Assembly (NCBI RefSeq): GCF_006345805.1 | Contig: NC_043009.1 | Span: forward strand, 5,952,001 to 6,016,000 | Direction: 5' to 3' | Source of the DNA: Octopus sinensis | Taxonomy: Eukaryota | Length of the DNA stretch: 64,000 nucleotides | Shown here: piece after piece, positions 47,145 to 58,809 of the stretch | Layout: each line of letters opens with the position of its first letter | How positions within the stretch are numbered: position 1 is the first letter of the stretch | Made by a program: the position numbers and the translations under genes | Notes under the pieces: generated by a model | What the model was told of the DNA's origin: nothing | Database searches by the model: none | What the model saw: the letters and a program-made list of their open reading frames with translations, nothing else

Positions 47145-49312
47145 GTATATATATACATATATATATATACATACATATGTGCATATATATGCGTATATAT
47201 ACATATATATGTACACCTATTTATATACGTATGTCTACACACACAAACATATATATGTGCGTGTGTGTGCGAGCGCGAGTTGTGTGCATCAGTGCATGTA
47301 TATATATATGTGTTTGCGTGATTACTCACGCACGCATATATGTATGTATGTATGTAATTATGCATACATACTGAATTGGATAGACAGAGAGACAAAAATT
47401 TAAACTACATGGTTAGTTGTTGATGTACATATATGTGGCATTTATAGCATCTTATCTGATAAAAGATATGAAAAATATAATTATCTGAAAGGATATGATT
47501 TCTATGTATATATATTTCAGGTTAATACCATACAAACATTTCAATAAAGCTCCAAATTCGATATTTTAATGTTATACTGGGATAAACTAACATTACAGTC
47601 TCAGCACAGAGCTTTGTATCCACCGACTCAAGTATAACATCAGAAGGTATGTTATTATACTACTATTCAATACTGTTTTGAGTATGCCACTAATATTCCG
47701 TCTTTATTACGATCATTAATATGAGCCTGAAAAAGTATATGTTAAACACATTACTTTTGTAAACATCGAAACAAAATGCATCTTCATTAAACACAATTTC
47801 TAAAACTTATATATACAACTTCTTGCATAAGCACATAAATCTTTTACTCTAGTAATTAATATCCGTCTTTAAAACGCGTACACTTATGTAATTTTCGTCA
47901 TGCTAGTCATAAATCTGTTTTCTTTTCTTGTAAGAAGCGTTATGCTTCTTAATATTACCAGCTGCACAAGTTATTTGAAATTGTACAACGGTTCTTATTT
48001 AGATGAACAGGGATTTTAAAAACGTAATTGAAGTCTTTAGAAAATTCATACCATTGTTTGAGCTTCTTCAGGAATATGTTATGCGTAATGTTGCTATACA
48101 GATATATGGCTACAATAGTTATAACAAAATACTTTTTAAATTCAAAACGGTTTTCTTTTTAAAATTTCCATGGAAAATGCGCTGGTAATTCTTAACTATA
48201 AAGACTACTTAGGGTAGGCATTTGATCGCTAGCTATTTGATCTCTAATTCATTTCCAGTGCTCCGCAATATGAAAAGTAATGGAAAGTAATGAGTTAGGC
48301 GATTGCAGTTGTGTGTTTGATAGTAGACAAACAGTATTTTGACTTTTATTAAACCTAGGAAGGTTTAATAAAACTAGGAAGAGTCATTACAATAACATAC
48401 TCACGATGCTTTCTGAGTTCGTATCCCTCCGAAGTCATCATTGCTTGACATCTCTCCTAGGCCATTAAGAAGTAATTGGGACCTATTATATTGACTAACT
48501 CACATCATCTCAATATCATTGATTTTATGCCTAAACCAAAAGCTAGTCCTGCTTTTGTTACCATATGAGATTAAATCCAACCGAAGTTACCTTTGCCTTT
48601 CATCCACTCAGGTTCAATATAAAGATGTACATTTGCCTTCAGATGCTGATAGCATAGACTAAGCACCGTCTCTGCAAATTGTTGTACTCGTGCCTAAATG
48701 AGAAACATTCAGGATTTAACATTTTCCGGGTCACATTTCATTTTATTCCATCATAGTCGATAAAGTAAATTTCCCAGCAACCGCTGGGTTCAATGATTCC
48801 AAAGATTTCGCTTCCCCAAAAATTGTCGGTTGTGTACAAAGATAAAAAAGGCATTATTTCTAATTGTCGAGGAGTCCTCTATTTCATCCATGTTGCTCAA
48901 TTTCCCATCCGATCGAAATGTAATGGAGTTCTGTATTTTATCCACTAATCATATTGAACATATGGTATCATAATTATAAGCCGATGATTTGAAAGATGCG
49001 ACCCAGCGACGGGTAAAATTATTTTTAAAATTTGTACCAGCAATCAATACACTATGTTTGAACACCTACGCCCATCATTGATGATAAATGAAGTATCAGG
49101 CCGTACTGGAATCGATACATTTCTCTCACTTAGCATGGGTCACTATCTTTCTCATGATTCCTTTATCTTTGTGGGCTCCAACGATTTCGAAGAGTCGGAG
49201 ATAGATATTTCGTCATGATAGTAGTTTTAGGACAACATCATGAGTTAAGTTTGCATTACAAACCGAAACGACAGGAATATTCATGTATACACATATTACT
49301 GTATCTATGTTA

Positions 49313-49374
<62 letters not shown>

Positions 49375-49375
<1 letters not shown>

Positions 49376-49760
49376 AAACAGAGAGTTGCTTATTTGCAAA
49401 AAAAAAAAAAAAAAAGAAATATAAAATGTGACTTCATTGACCGAGGTTACCGTGGTCTTTTCCGTAGGCTTTTCTTTCCACGGGTAAACCTCACCTGTCC
49501 TCCCCTTTACACTTCATATTGACATTTCTGTGATAACGATCCCTATTGATCAATTTTTTTTCTCCTCTCCCCCTTTTTTTTTTTTTTTTTTTAACCCCCC
49601 TTTTTTTTTTGTCCTCTTTCTCTCCTTTTACGATCCTTTTGATCGAAACTCCCCCTTCCTTTTTTTTTTTTTTTTTTTTTTTAAACCTTCAAAAGAAAAG
49701 CTCTACCTTGTAATTTGTTCTATCTGTGTGCAGCCCTGTGTGGCTAATAATGAAACATAT
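49375..49760 (+). mobile_element. 5'-truncated copy (3' UTR only) of the Tx1-like element, inserted in (TCTA)n
   Basis: AAAACAGAGAGTTGCTTATTTGC(A)n...CAGCCCTGTGTGGCTAATAATGAAACATAT is the reverse complement of 52581-52963 apart from homopolymer lengths and a few substitutions; (TCTA)n on both sides. Confidence 0.9.
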
Positions 49761-49768
49761 CTATCTCG

Positions 49769-49842
<74 letters not shown>

Positions 49843-50042
49843 GTCTGTCTGTCTATCTATCTATTAATCTGTCTGTCTAATTGTATGTCTGGCTGGTTAT
49901 CTATGTACCTTTGTATCTATATTTCTATTTATCTATTTATGTATCTCTCTCTCTCTCTCTGTCTCTCTCTCTATCTATCTCTCTATATATATATCTGTCT
50001 ATCTATTAATCTGTCTGTCTGTCTAGCTGTATGTCTGGCTGG

Positions 50043-50158
<116 letters not shown>

Positions 50159-50538
50159 GTGTATGTGTAAATGTTTGTATATATACATGTATTAGTGTAA
50201 CTTATTGTATATATAAATCGTGCGTGTGTGTGTGTATTTTGTGTTAGGGTGTACACAGTCACACATATTTCTACACACGCGTATACACTTATACATATAC
50301 ACGTATACATATTTATATACAAAGCCTGTTTATGAAACAGGTCATGGCAATGTCAAATGTGAGTCAGAATATATTTACATTTGGTAGTTTGTGTGAACGT
50401 AGAGAATGTTTCAAATACTTATATGCCATGATTGTGTTGGAAATACAGATAAACGCATCCCACTTGTGAGACACTACTAAGAAGCATGCTTTGTAATCCA
50501 AACAACGTGACTACTCATATCAATTTGCATGTTTACAG

Positions 50539-50561
50539 GTCTCCCGTTCGGTACTAATCAG
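50539..50561 (+). CDS. Candidate 23-nt micro-exon of host gene (phase 1-0)
   Basis: Acceptor TTTGCATGTTTACAG, (G)LPFGTNQ, donor CAG|GTAAAT; phase-compatible with 51745-51877. Confidence 0.35.
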
Positions 50562-50907
50562 GTAAATGCTTCCATAGGGGCAGTTATATCAACACTATTC
50601 AAACAATGCTGACCACGGTAACATAACAACTGTAAAAAGGAACGCTATAAACAAACATGTTAAAACGTAGCCGTAGCTGTTGACATATGGTGGAGGTGGT
50701 GTGAGTGTACCATTTCAAATTACAATAGTCGGAAAGAGAGAATAGAATGAAAGAATGGTCGAATAATAGAACTGGTCACGGGGATTCCGCCTTTGTCTAT
50801 ATACAACTGTATGCAAAGCATCGTGAGAGTGTATATCTAGCAATCTATGTGCGTATGTATGTATGTACGTAACTATGTAAGTATGCATGCATTTATCTAT
50901 CTGTCTG

Positions 50908-50980
<73 letters not shown>

Positions 50981-51090
50981 ATATCTATCTATCTACCTAT
51001 CTATCTATCTATCTATCTCTCTTTCTCTCTCTATATATATGCATATATATATATATCTGTCTGTCTATCTATCTATCTATCTATCTATCT

Positions 51091-51250
51091 TTTTTATTTA
51101 TTTTTTTTTTTTGTTCTTTTCTTCCCTTTTACGATCCCTCTTGATCGAAAACCTACGCCACCCCCTTTTTTTCATCCCCCAAAAGAAAAGCTCTACCTTG
51201 TAACTTGTCCTATCTGTGTACAGCTCTGTGTGGCCAATAAAGAAACTTAT
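51091..51250 (+). mobile_element. Shorter, more diverged 3'-end copy of the Tx1-like element in (TCTA)n
   Basis: TTTTACGATCCCTCTTGATCGAAA...AAAAGAAAAGCTCTACCTTGTAACTTGTCCTATCTGTGTACAGCTCTGTGTGGCCAATAAAGAAACTTATCTAT; preceded by (TCTA)n and followed by degenerate TCTA. Confidence 0.85.
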
Positions 51251-51462
51251 CTATATACCTATCTATCTGTCTATGAATCTACCAACCTACTCTATCTTTT
51301 TTATCTGAATATCTATCTAGGTGTCTCTCTCTCTCGAAATATATTTTTGTGTGCGCTCGTGTGTATGTGTGTGCGTGTGCGTGTGTCAGTGTATATTTAC
51401 GTGTGGGTGCTGTTTTGTGTTTATGTACCTGTATATCGTCCACGAATACACGTATGTACATT

Positions 51463-51524
<62 letters not shown>

Positions 51525-51744
51525 GTATGTACCTGAAACCTTTGAGGATATATATATATATATAATATATATGTATATATATATATATATTGTGTGTGTG
51601 TGCGCGCGCGTGCACATACACACACATACATACACATACAAACATACATATATGTATAAACACCTACTGAAACGTTGTTTACGACGAAGAGGAAGATCAA
51701 AAAATCAATAAATGGTGCAGTGTGTAATGATATCTTTCCGACAG

Positions 51745-51877
51745 ATGCTTTCTGACCTTACTTCAATCCATGAATGTTCGATCAATCAAGCGAACACATT
51801 ATTCTGTAATGCAAAATATGACTTCATCCAAGATGGCGGCGAGTTTTCAATGTACTATTCGTTAAAATATACGATGT
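51745..51877 (+). CDS. Candidate internal exon of host gene (phase 0-1)
   Basis: Acceptor ATATCTTTCCGACAG, MLSDLTSIHECSINQANTLFCNAKYDFIQDGGEFSMYYSLKYTM, donor GT|GTAAAT; phase matches 62149-62285. Confidence 0.45.
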
Positions 51878-52533
51878 GTAAATGTTGCAAGTTTGGTGGG
51901 GTATTTTGAAACAATAAACGATAGTTTTTGAAGGGAATATATTTCAATGTTTAATGTTTATGATTATTCGGCGATTAACTACCTTTTATCTCGGTTTCCT
52001 GTTTGATATTCATGAAATTTCTTGAAATTTTTAGTGTCATATTATGGAAAGAATATGTTTATCTTTAGCAGGTAGATACCTAGATTAGACCTAGTATTTA
52101 AATTCAGCATTCTGCGTAATTTTCTACCCAGTTTTACATTTCAGATGCGTTACCGTGTGAATCAGTTTTATATTCTTTGAATTCGCATGTCAATCTCCTT
52201 TGGTACATGGATATATATCAAGGTGTACAACCTGCATTTGATTTCAGCATTCGTTTTTTTTCTTCTTTTTTTCTTTCTTATCATAGAAACGGTGATATCG
52301 TTTAGCTGGGTGTGCAGCTTTACTATTTTGCTTACCGACTCTGTTCACAGCCCTGCACTTATTATAGACTATTGGTTGTCTTTAGATATTTGTTAACGTA
52401 TGTTAACTGTACGTCTAGGGATGTCCTTAATACGCATTATACATACATACACACACGCATACACAAACACACACAGACACACACATATATATACATAGGT
52501 AGACATATAGACAGTCAGAGACAGACAGACGGG

Positions 52534-52583
<50 letters not shown>

Positions 52584-52975
52584 TGTTTCTTTATTAGCCA
52601 CACAGGGCTGCACACAGATAGAACAAATTACAAGGTAGAGCTTTTCTTTTGAAGGTATTAAAAAAAAAAAAAAAAAAAAAAAGGAAGGGGGAGGTTCGAT
52701 CAAAAGGGATCGTAAAAGGAGAGAAAGAGGACAAAAATAAGGGGGGTTAAAAAAAAAAAAAAAAAGGGGGGGGGAAAAAAATGATCAATAGGGATCGTTA
52801 TCACAGAAATGTCAATATGAAGTGTAAAGGGGAGGACAGGTGAGGTTTACCCGTGGAAAGAAAAGCCTGCGGAAAAGACCACGGTAACCTCGGTCAATGA
52901 AGTCACATTTTATATTTCTTTTTTTTTTTTTTTTTTTTTTGCAAATAAGCAACTCTCTGTTTTCGATTTCTGGGT

Positions 52976-55900
52976 TCATAGGACTATGCTCAAGGTGGCT
53001 TCGTCATTCATACGTGCCATTCTTGCTACATTCACCCATCTTTTTTTAAAACATTCGCTAGACAAAACTTGCCTCTCTACTCTCACTTTCCTTTTCAAGT
53101 GGTACTTGAAGAAGTTGATGAGAGATTGACCAGAGAGGAAAGTGTTTGTCTCCAATCCTTTCAGACGCGTCCACCAGATACATTCTTTCGCCATAGCCAC
53201 AAGGATGATGAAAATAGCTCTTCCTTCCCGTTTGAAGGAAGGAGGCGTGACAATATTGACGATAGACTCAGCTGATAAACCGACTCGTCCCACACGTGAC
53301 AGCAGTTGTTCGACATAAGCCCACAGGTCGGAAATTGTTGGACACTGAACGAGTGCGTGCAGAACGGTTTCGTCGCTCTGACCGCATCTCGGGCAGGTCG
53401 GCCCCGTGTTTCTCGAGCCGTGTCTGTAGAGCTTATCCCGAACGGGTAGCGCTTCTCGGTAGCACTGCCAGGCCAGGGATCTCTGGAAGTTGTCCATGGG
53501 CCCTGGCCCGAAAGTCGTCCCGAACAGGCGGGTCAGGTACTCCTCGTCGACGTCCAGGTTCGCCCCGAGCTCGTCGTCGTACCTCCCCTCCACTAAACCC
53601 CTATAGAATGCTTTGGTTGTGTTGAAGTCACTTAAGGTCGACCCAGGACGGCAGAGTTGCTTGAGAGCAACGCGACACTCGCGGTGCCATTCGCCCTTCC
53701 TCGGCCTCTTTTTGATCCACGACTGCAGTTCGGTCATGGAGACGAGCTGCGGGAAAGCGTGCCTCACAAACGGCGACCACACCTGTTCACCGTCGTCTAC
53801 ATAGAGCCAGAGATGTCGCAGTCTCAGCGCGTGTCTGCGCATCATCAACCACGGCATGCCCAGCCCTCCTTTTAACGGGTGTTGACAGCAAATGGATCGC
53901 CTGACCATCGGGACGCATCCTTTCCACAAGAAGCGAAAGAGGATGCGTTGTAGTTTGGTGATGGTAGGGTCGGGACAAGGTACGACGGTCAGGCGGTAGT
54001 AGATGACGGACGCGATGTACGTGTTCGCCACCTCCGCTCGACCTTTTAGGGACAGTTTCCTCTCGGCCCATTGCCGGGCGAGAGTGACCACCCTACTCGT
54101 TATCTCGTTCCAGTTCTTCTCCACTTGGAGGTCCGGACCAAACCAGACCCCGAGCAACTCAACCGGGCCGTCGGTCCAGCGTCCCACGACGGAGGCGCTG
54201 GTGGACGGCATGGGCTTGCTTCTCCAGGTGCCTAGTCGCAAGCCCACTGACTTTTCCCGGTTGATTTTCGCTCCTGTCACCGCTTCGTAGTTTTTCAGTG
54301 TCTCGCCGACCAGCTCGATGTGCTCGTGGCTAGACACTATGACGGTGACGTCGTCCGCGTATGCAGACACGCTCGTCCCGCATCCCAATTCTCGCGGGAT
54401 GCCCCTTAGAGTCGCCAGCTTCCGCAGTAGTGGCTCAAGAGTCAATACGTATAGAAGCGCCGAGAGGGGGCATCCCTGACGGACCGAACGTGCAATGTCG
54501 AAAGGTCTCGATAGATGTCCATTTACGCGAATTACCGAACGGATGCCTCTGTACAAGGCAGCTATCCAGCCGCGGAAGACGGGACCGAAACCAGCCGCTC
54601 TCAGGACTGCCTCCAAGTATCGATGGTCTACCCTATCAAAGGCTTTTGATTGATCCAAGTTGATCAGGGCCCCACCCATGCCAGGTTCGTTAACTACCCT
54701 GTCTATGATGTAGCGCATCAGATGGAGGTTGTCATGGATGGTCCGGCCTGGCACGGCGCATGTTTGCGCCTTGTCGACCAGTTTCTCGATGACAAGCGCC
54801 AACCTCTTGGCTAGCACCTTGGCCAAAATTTTCAAGTCTGCATTAAGCAGAGTGATGGGCCTAAAGTTATCTATTACATTTCCCTTGTTTAGATCTTTCT
54901 TCAGCAGTGTTACGGCTCCTCGGCTCACAAAACCAGGAATGCTCCCGTTTTGCTGCCAGTTGCAGTACACCGCCGCCAAGAGATCTCCAAACAAGTCTGG
55001 CATACAATTGTAAAGCTCGTAGGGTAGACCATCCAAACCCGGTGATTTGTCCCTCGAGCATTCTGCCATCGCTTCCCGCACTTCCGCCGCCGTGATGGCA
55101 CCTTCGCAGCACCCTGCCTTTCTTGTCGAGAGTCGTGGTAGGCTATGTAGGTAGGCACTGAAGTCCACCCTACGTTCTTGCCCTCCACTCGTTCCGAACA
55201 GTCGGGCAAAATGCTGCTGAAAGGCCTCACACATTTTACTTGGCTCGAGCAATTCGCGCCCCTGTTCATCTACCAGTGACCGAATGGTGGCTTTGTTGCC
55301 CTGTTGCGCCTCTGCCACCCGGGCCTCTCTCGCGGCTCCAACACCTTCGTTCCTTAGAGCACGCATCCTAGCTCTGACAGCACATCCTTCGTGTTTGGCG
55401 TTGAAGTGTTGGTCGAGGGCCAACCTCGCCGCCAAAACGTCGGATGCGATGCCGCTTCTAATTGCCTCTTCTAGCTTCTTAACTAGCTCACCCTCTACTC
55501 TATTTCTATCTATGGCTAGTGCTTTGCTGTACCTAATCGCTTCTGCTTTTACTGCTCTCTTGAGGGCAAACCACCATTTGTTGTTGATGATGGCTCCCGT
55601 CAAAGCCCTCTTTACTAGTGTGCTAATCCGGTCTCTGAAAACTTGTCTCGATGGGAAAGACGCGTTTAGTTTCCAGTATCCGGGACCCTGCCTAAGTGTC
55701 TTACCTAAGTCTAGCGTACATGTCACAAGTTTGTGATCCGTGTAGCTGACTATGTGGAATTGTGGACATCCTATGCTATCTCTATCTACTGTCCTACACA
55801 GTATCCTATCTAGATACGATCTCGACGACCCGATGCGGTTGCTCCATGTCCACGTTGGCGCATTCGGGTGGTCTAGTCGAAACCTGTCAGACAGTTGAAA

Positions 55901-56413
55901 GCGTCTGAGCAGGTCTCTGAGGCATTTGCATCCCCGTCTATTCCTATCTCTACCCACGTAGTCTACATGCGTGTCCAAGGTAGCATTCCAATCCCCCACT
56001 AAGAGTAAAGGACGAGACGTTCCCAAGAAAACTTCTAGACGTTGAAAGAAATCCGCCCGACCTGTTAAGGGCGGTGCGTAAACTGATACGAGCCGAAAAG
56101 CGCACCCATTGCTGCCGTCGACATCCAGGACGACCAGTCTACCCTCCGGGTCTACGAATATTGTCCTTACATTGAGATCCAGACTCTTGTGAAAAAGTAC
56201 CGCGGTGCCACTACCGCCCATTCTCGGCAGACAGGGGGAAAAATAAATGTTGAACTGTCCGCCAAACATGGTCTTTAGGGCCCGCGGATTGTGGAGTCTG
56301 GTCTCGCTTATGGCTATGATTTCTAACTTATGTGACTTTATGTCATTTAAGAGGTACCCTTGTTTCCAAGGGGACCCCAAGCCACGCGCATTTACACAAC
56401 CAATCTTGATCAT
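52976..56413 (-). CDS. ORF2: apurinic-like endonuclease + reverse transcriptase + C-terminal CCHC zinc finger (1145 aa, uninterrupted)
   Basis: APE motifs GCVNARGL, ISET, VGDWNA, SYLDRIL, TDHKLV; RT motifs SPGLDGLP, FRPITLLNADLKILAK, DQSKAFDRV, RQGCPLS, YADD, LGVWF; CPRCGQSDETVLHALVQC. Confidence 0.95.
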   Translation of the reverse strand: MIKIGCVNARGLGSPWKQGYLLNDIKSHKLEIIAISETRLHNPRALKTMFGGQFNIYFSPCLPRMGGSGTAVLFHKSLDLNVRTIFVDPEGRLVVLDVDGSNGCAFRLVSVYAPPLTGRADFFQRLEVFLGTSRPLLLVGDWNATLDTHVDYVGRDRNRRGCKCLRDLLRRFQLSDRFRLDHPNAPTWTWSNRIGSSRSYLDRILCRTVDRDSIGCPQFHIVSYTDHKLVTCTLDLGKTLRQGPGYWKLNASFPSRQVFRDRISTLVKRALTGAIINNKWWFALKRAVKAEAIRYSKALAIDRNRVEGELVKKLEEAIRSGIASDVLAARLALDQHFNAKHEGCAVRARMRALRNEGVGAAREARVAEAQQGNKATIRSLVDEQGRELLEPSKMCEAFQQHFARLFGTSGGQERRVDFSAYLHSLPRLSTRKAGCCEGAITAAEVREAMAECSRDKSPGLDGLPYELYNCMPDLFGDLLAAVYCNWQQNGSIPGFVSRGAVTLLKKDLNKGNVIDNFRPITLLNADLKILAKVLAKRLALVIEKLVDKAQTCAVPGRTIHDNLHLMRYIIDRVVNEPGMGGALINLDQSKAFDRVDHRYLEAVLRAAGFGPVFRGWIAALYRGIRSVIRVNGHLSRPFDIARSVRQGCPLSALLYVLTLEPLLRKLATLRGIPRELGCGTSVSAYADDVTVIVSSHEHIELVGETLKNYEAVTGAKINREKSVGLRLGTWRSKPMPSTSASVVGRWTDGPVELLGVWFGPDLQVEKNWNEITSRVVTLARQWAERKLSLKGRAEVANTYIASVIYYRLTVVPCPDPTITKLQRILFRFLWKGCVPMVRRSICCQHPLKGGLGMPWLMMRRHALRLRHLWLYVDDGEQVWSPFVRHAFPQLVSMTELQSWIKKRPRKGEWHRECRVALKQLCRPGSTLSDFNTTKAFYRGLVEGRYDDELGANLDVDEEYLTRLFGTTFGPGPMDNFQRSLAWQCYREALPVRDKLYRHGSRNTGPTCPRCGQSDETVLHALVQCPTISDLWAYVEQLLSRVGRVGLSAESIVNIVTPPSFKREGRAIFIILVAMAKECIWWTRLKGLETNTFLSGQSLINFFKYHLKRKVRVERQVLSSECFKKRWVNVARMARMNDEATLSIVL

Positions 56414-56444
56414 AGTTCTAATGAATTAGAATACAGAGGGTTAC

Positions 56445-58445
56445 TTACTGCTCGAAAGTTTTTGCTTTCTCCTCCGTTGGTTTGTCCTCGAGAAGATCCC
56501 AGTACAGTTTCTTTGTGAGATATTTTTGGCATTTACCAACCGCACTGGGGAAAATGCCTTTGAGTGTGTGGTGCAGACTTTTGGAGATGTGTATTATTTT
56601 GATGTGGTCTGGTGGTGTTGTGTATGGGTGGTTGTTTGTTTTTATGTCATCTTCTGTTATGTTTGTTTTTGATTGGATGTATTCCATCAAATTTGTGTTT
56701 TTGGTGTCTATGGCTGTGAGCATGTTTGCTGTATATGTTTTTGTGGTGTTGGTGTGGCTGTTGTTTGCGTTGGGTTTTGAAATGTCTTCGGGAGATGTAT
56801 TTCCCCCTGCTTTGTTCGTGTTTGCATTTGGTTTGGTTGTGTTTCTGCTCTTTATTTTCCTTCTTTTTGTAGCTATTTGCCATTCCTCACTGGTTTCGTC
56901 TTCCGACGAAATTTCTGAGGAATCAGAAGGGGGTAGGGGTATGTTGTGGGCTTCTATGTATGTCTGTGTAAGTGGTTGTGTTGTTGTTTTCGTTGTTGTT
57001 GGTTGTTGAGTGTTTGTGTGTGTTGAGTGCGGTATAAGGGATGGGGGATCAGTTTGTGTGTGTTTTCTTTGTTTTTCTGTTCCTTTGGGTTTTGCTGTTG
57101 ATGGTAGTGTTGGTATTTTTCCAGGTGTCGAGTGGTTTTTGGTTGATGACGGATTAGCTTGGTGTGCTTCTCTTGTCGTCTTCTGTGTTGATGGTGGTGT
57201 GGGTAGTAGAGCTTTTTTCCGGAGTGCTTTGGTTGTGGTAGTGGTTGTTGTTGTTGCTCTTGGTGTGCAGTGGTTGGGCACGTCTTTTTCAAGTGTGTTT
57301 CGCTTCCACACAAATAGCAGCGTGGTCGCCTGCCCTCTACCACTATATAGAGTTTGTAGCCTCCTGGCAGTTCTATAGCGGTGGGTATCTTCTCTCTTGC
57401 TGCTTCATCCAATTGAAGCAGGAATTCGATTGATTTGCCCACATAGTCTTTCTCTCCTAGAACCGCGATTTCCAGGATGTTTGTCTCTGACATTGTCTCT
57501 GACATTTCAAAGCAGATGGCAGAGACCACCCATTGTGTTTCGACATCAAATGGTATGTTTTTTATTTGGACTTTCGTGACCCTTTTGTTTAAATAGACTG
57601 GTATCATTACCAAGTCATCCGAATGTAGCTCCAATGTGGAAAAACGTTTTGCTAAACTTTCGTTGAGGAAACGTACTTGGACTGTACCAAATTTGTTTCC
57701 CCAACTGATATATTCCTTGGAGTCCCATACAGGACGAAGGCATTTATCGATTTTTTCCTGCGGTGCATTTTCTGTTCTTCTTGTTTTTTTGTTTATTACT
57801 TTATAAATTATTGTTTTTTTTTGCGTGTTTTCCACGATGTGTTGTGGAATATGAAGGTGCAATTTGTCTCCTTCTTTGGAGAAGAGTGCCTTTGTGCGGT
57901 TTATCTCTTGTGTGGTGAATGTTACAATTGTTCTTTTGTTTTGTTACGTCCGCAAAATTCGTTTTGAATTTGGCAGTAGAAGTGTTAATTGTGGCAGTGT
58001 TAATTGAAGTCATGGTAGTGGTGTTGGTGTTGGCGGTATTAGCAGCAGAAGGCTTGGATGTAGCATTTGACGTCGTAGTAGTGGTGTTGGTGTTGGCGGT
58101 GTTGTCTTTGGTAGGCGGCTTTGTGCCAATTTCGTTGTGGTTGTTGTTGGTGGTGATGGTGGTGGTGCTGGCATTCATGTTTTCGTTTGTATTCATTTTT
58201 GAAATCCCTTTCTCTGTCCCTTTATCATCAACAAGTGGTGTGGGGAGTGAGGGGAAATCTAAGTTAATGTCTTTGGTCGCGGCGATGGTGAATGCGACGT
58301 TAGATTTGTTGTTGTTGTTGTTGGTGGTGGTGATGGTGGTGACAGCGGTGTTCACGCTGCGATGTTTAGCAGCTAGTGGTAGCAATAGTGTTTTGCTACC
58401 GTTCTGCATGACTGGCGGGCTAGCCACGTGGTTTCTAGTTGCCAT
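56445..58445 (-). CDS. ORF1 (gag-like nucleic-acid-binding protein, ~667 codons if joined), split over three frame segments
   Basis: ATG at 58445 (MATRNHV...; T/N-rich); central segment in another frame (open 57943-56954) with RRM-like region and CCHC knuckle CYLCGSETHLKKTC; C-terminal segment 57311-56445 back in the first frame with EEWQIATKRRK; stop 31 nt before the ORF2 ATG. Confidence 0.8.
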
Positions 58446-58663
58446 TTTCAAAATGAAAAATGGCTAAAAAACCCACGAAAGTTTTGAAAGTTTTTTTGTA
58501 ATTTCGCCCATACAGGGGCGGAATTCTACGTGAATAATTCTCAGGTTTTTTAGTGAATGAATTTGCACAACGATTAAAACAAAATATTTGACAACAAGGA
58601 GTTTTAAACATGTAAAAGTGGCCAACTTACTTGGAGCCGATATGACTAGCGTCCGTCCATTGT

Positions 58664-58809
<146 letters not shown>

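Larger units (their letters stand above)
52581..58663 (-). mobile_element. Apparently full-length (~6.1 kb) L1-group (Tx1-like) non-LTR retrotransposon embedded in (GATA)n
   Basis: 5' UTR, ORF1 with zinc knuckle, ORF2 APE-RT-CCHC, ~390-nt 3' UTR ending AATAAAGAAACATAT; (GATA)n at ~52534-52582 and 58664-58809. Confidence 0.92.

Noticed and set aside
53069-55736. Several + strand and alternate-frame ORFs overlapping ORF2
   Set aside because: Shadow ORFs expected in GC-rich coding sequence; no recognisable motifs.
56482-58467. Hydrophobic V/L/F-rich + strand ORFs (56482..57009, 57010..57378, 57919..58467) resembling membrane proteins
   Set aside because: Antisense mirror of the A/C-skewed ORF1; composition explains both openness and hydrophobicity.
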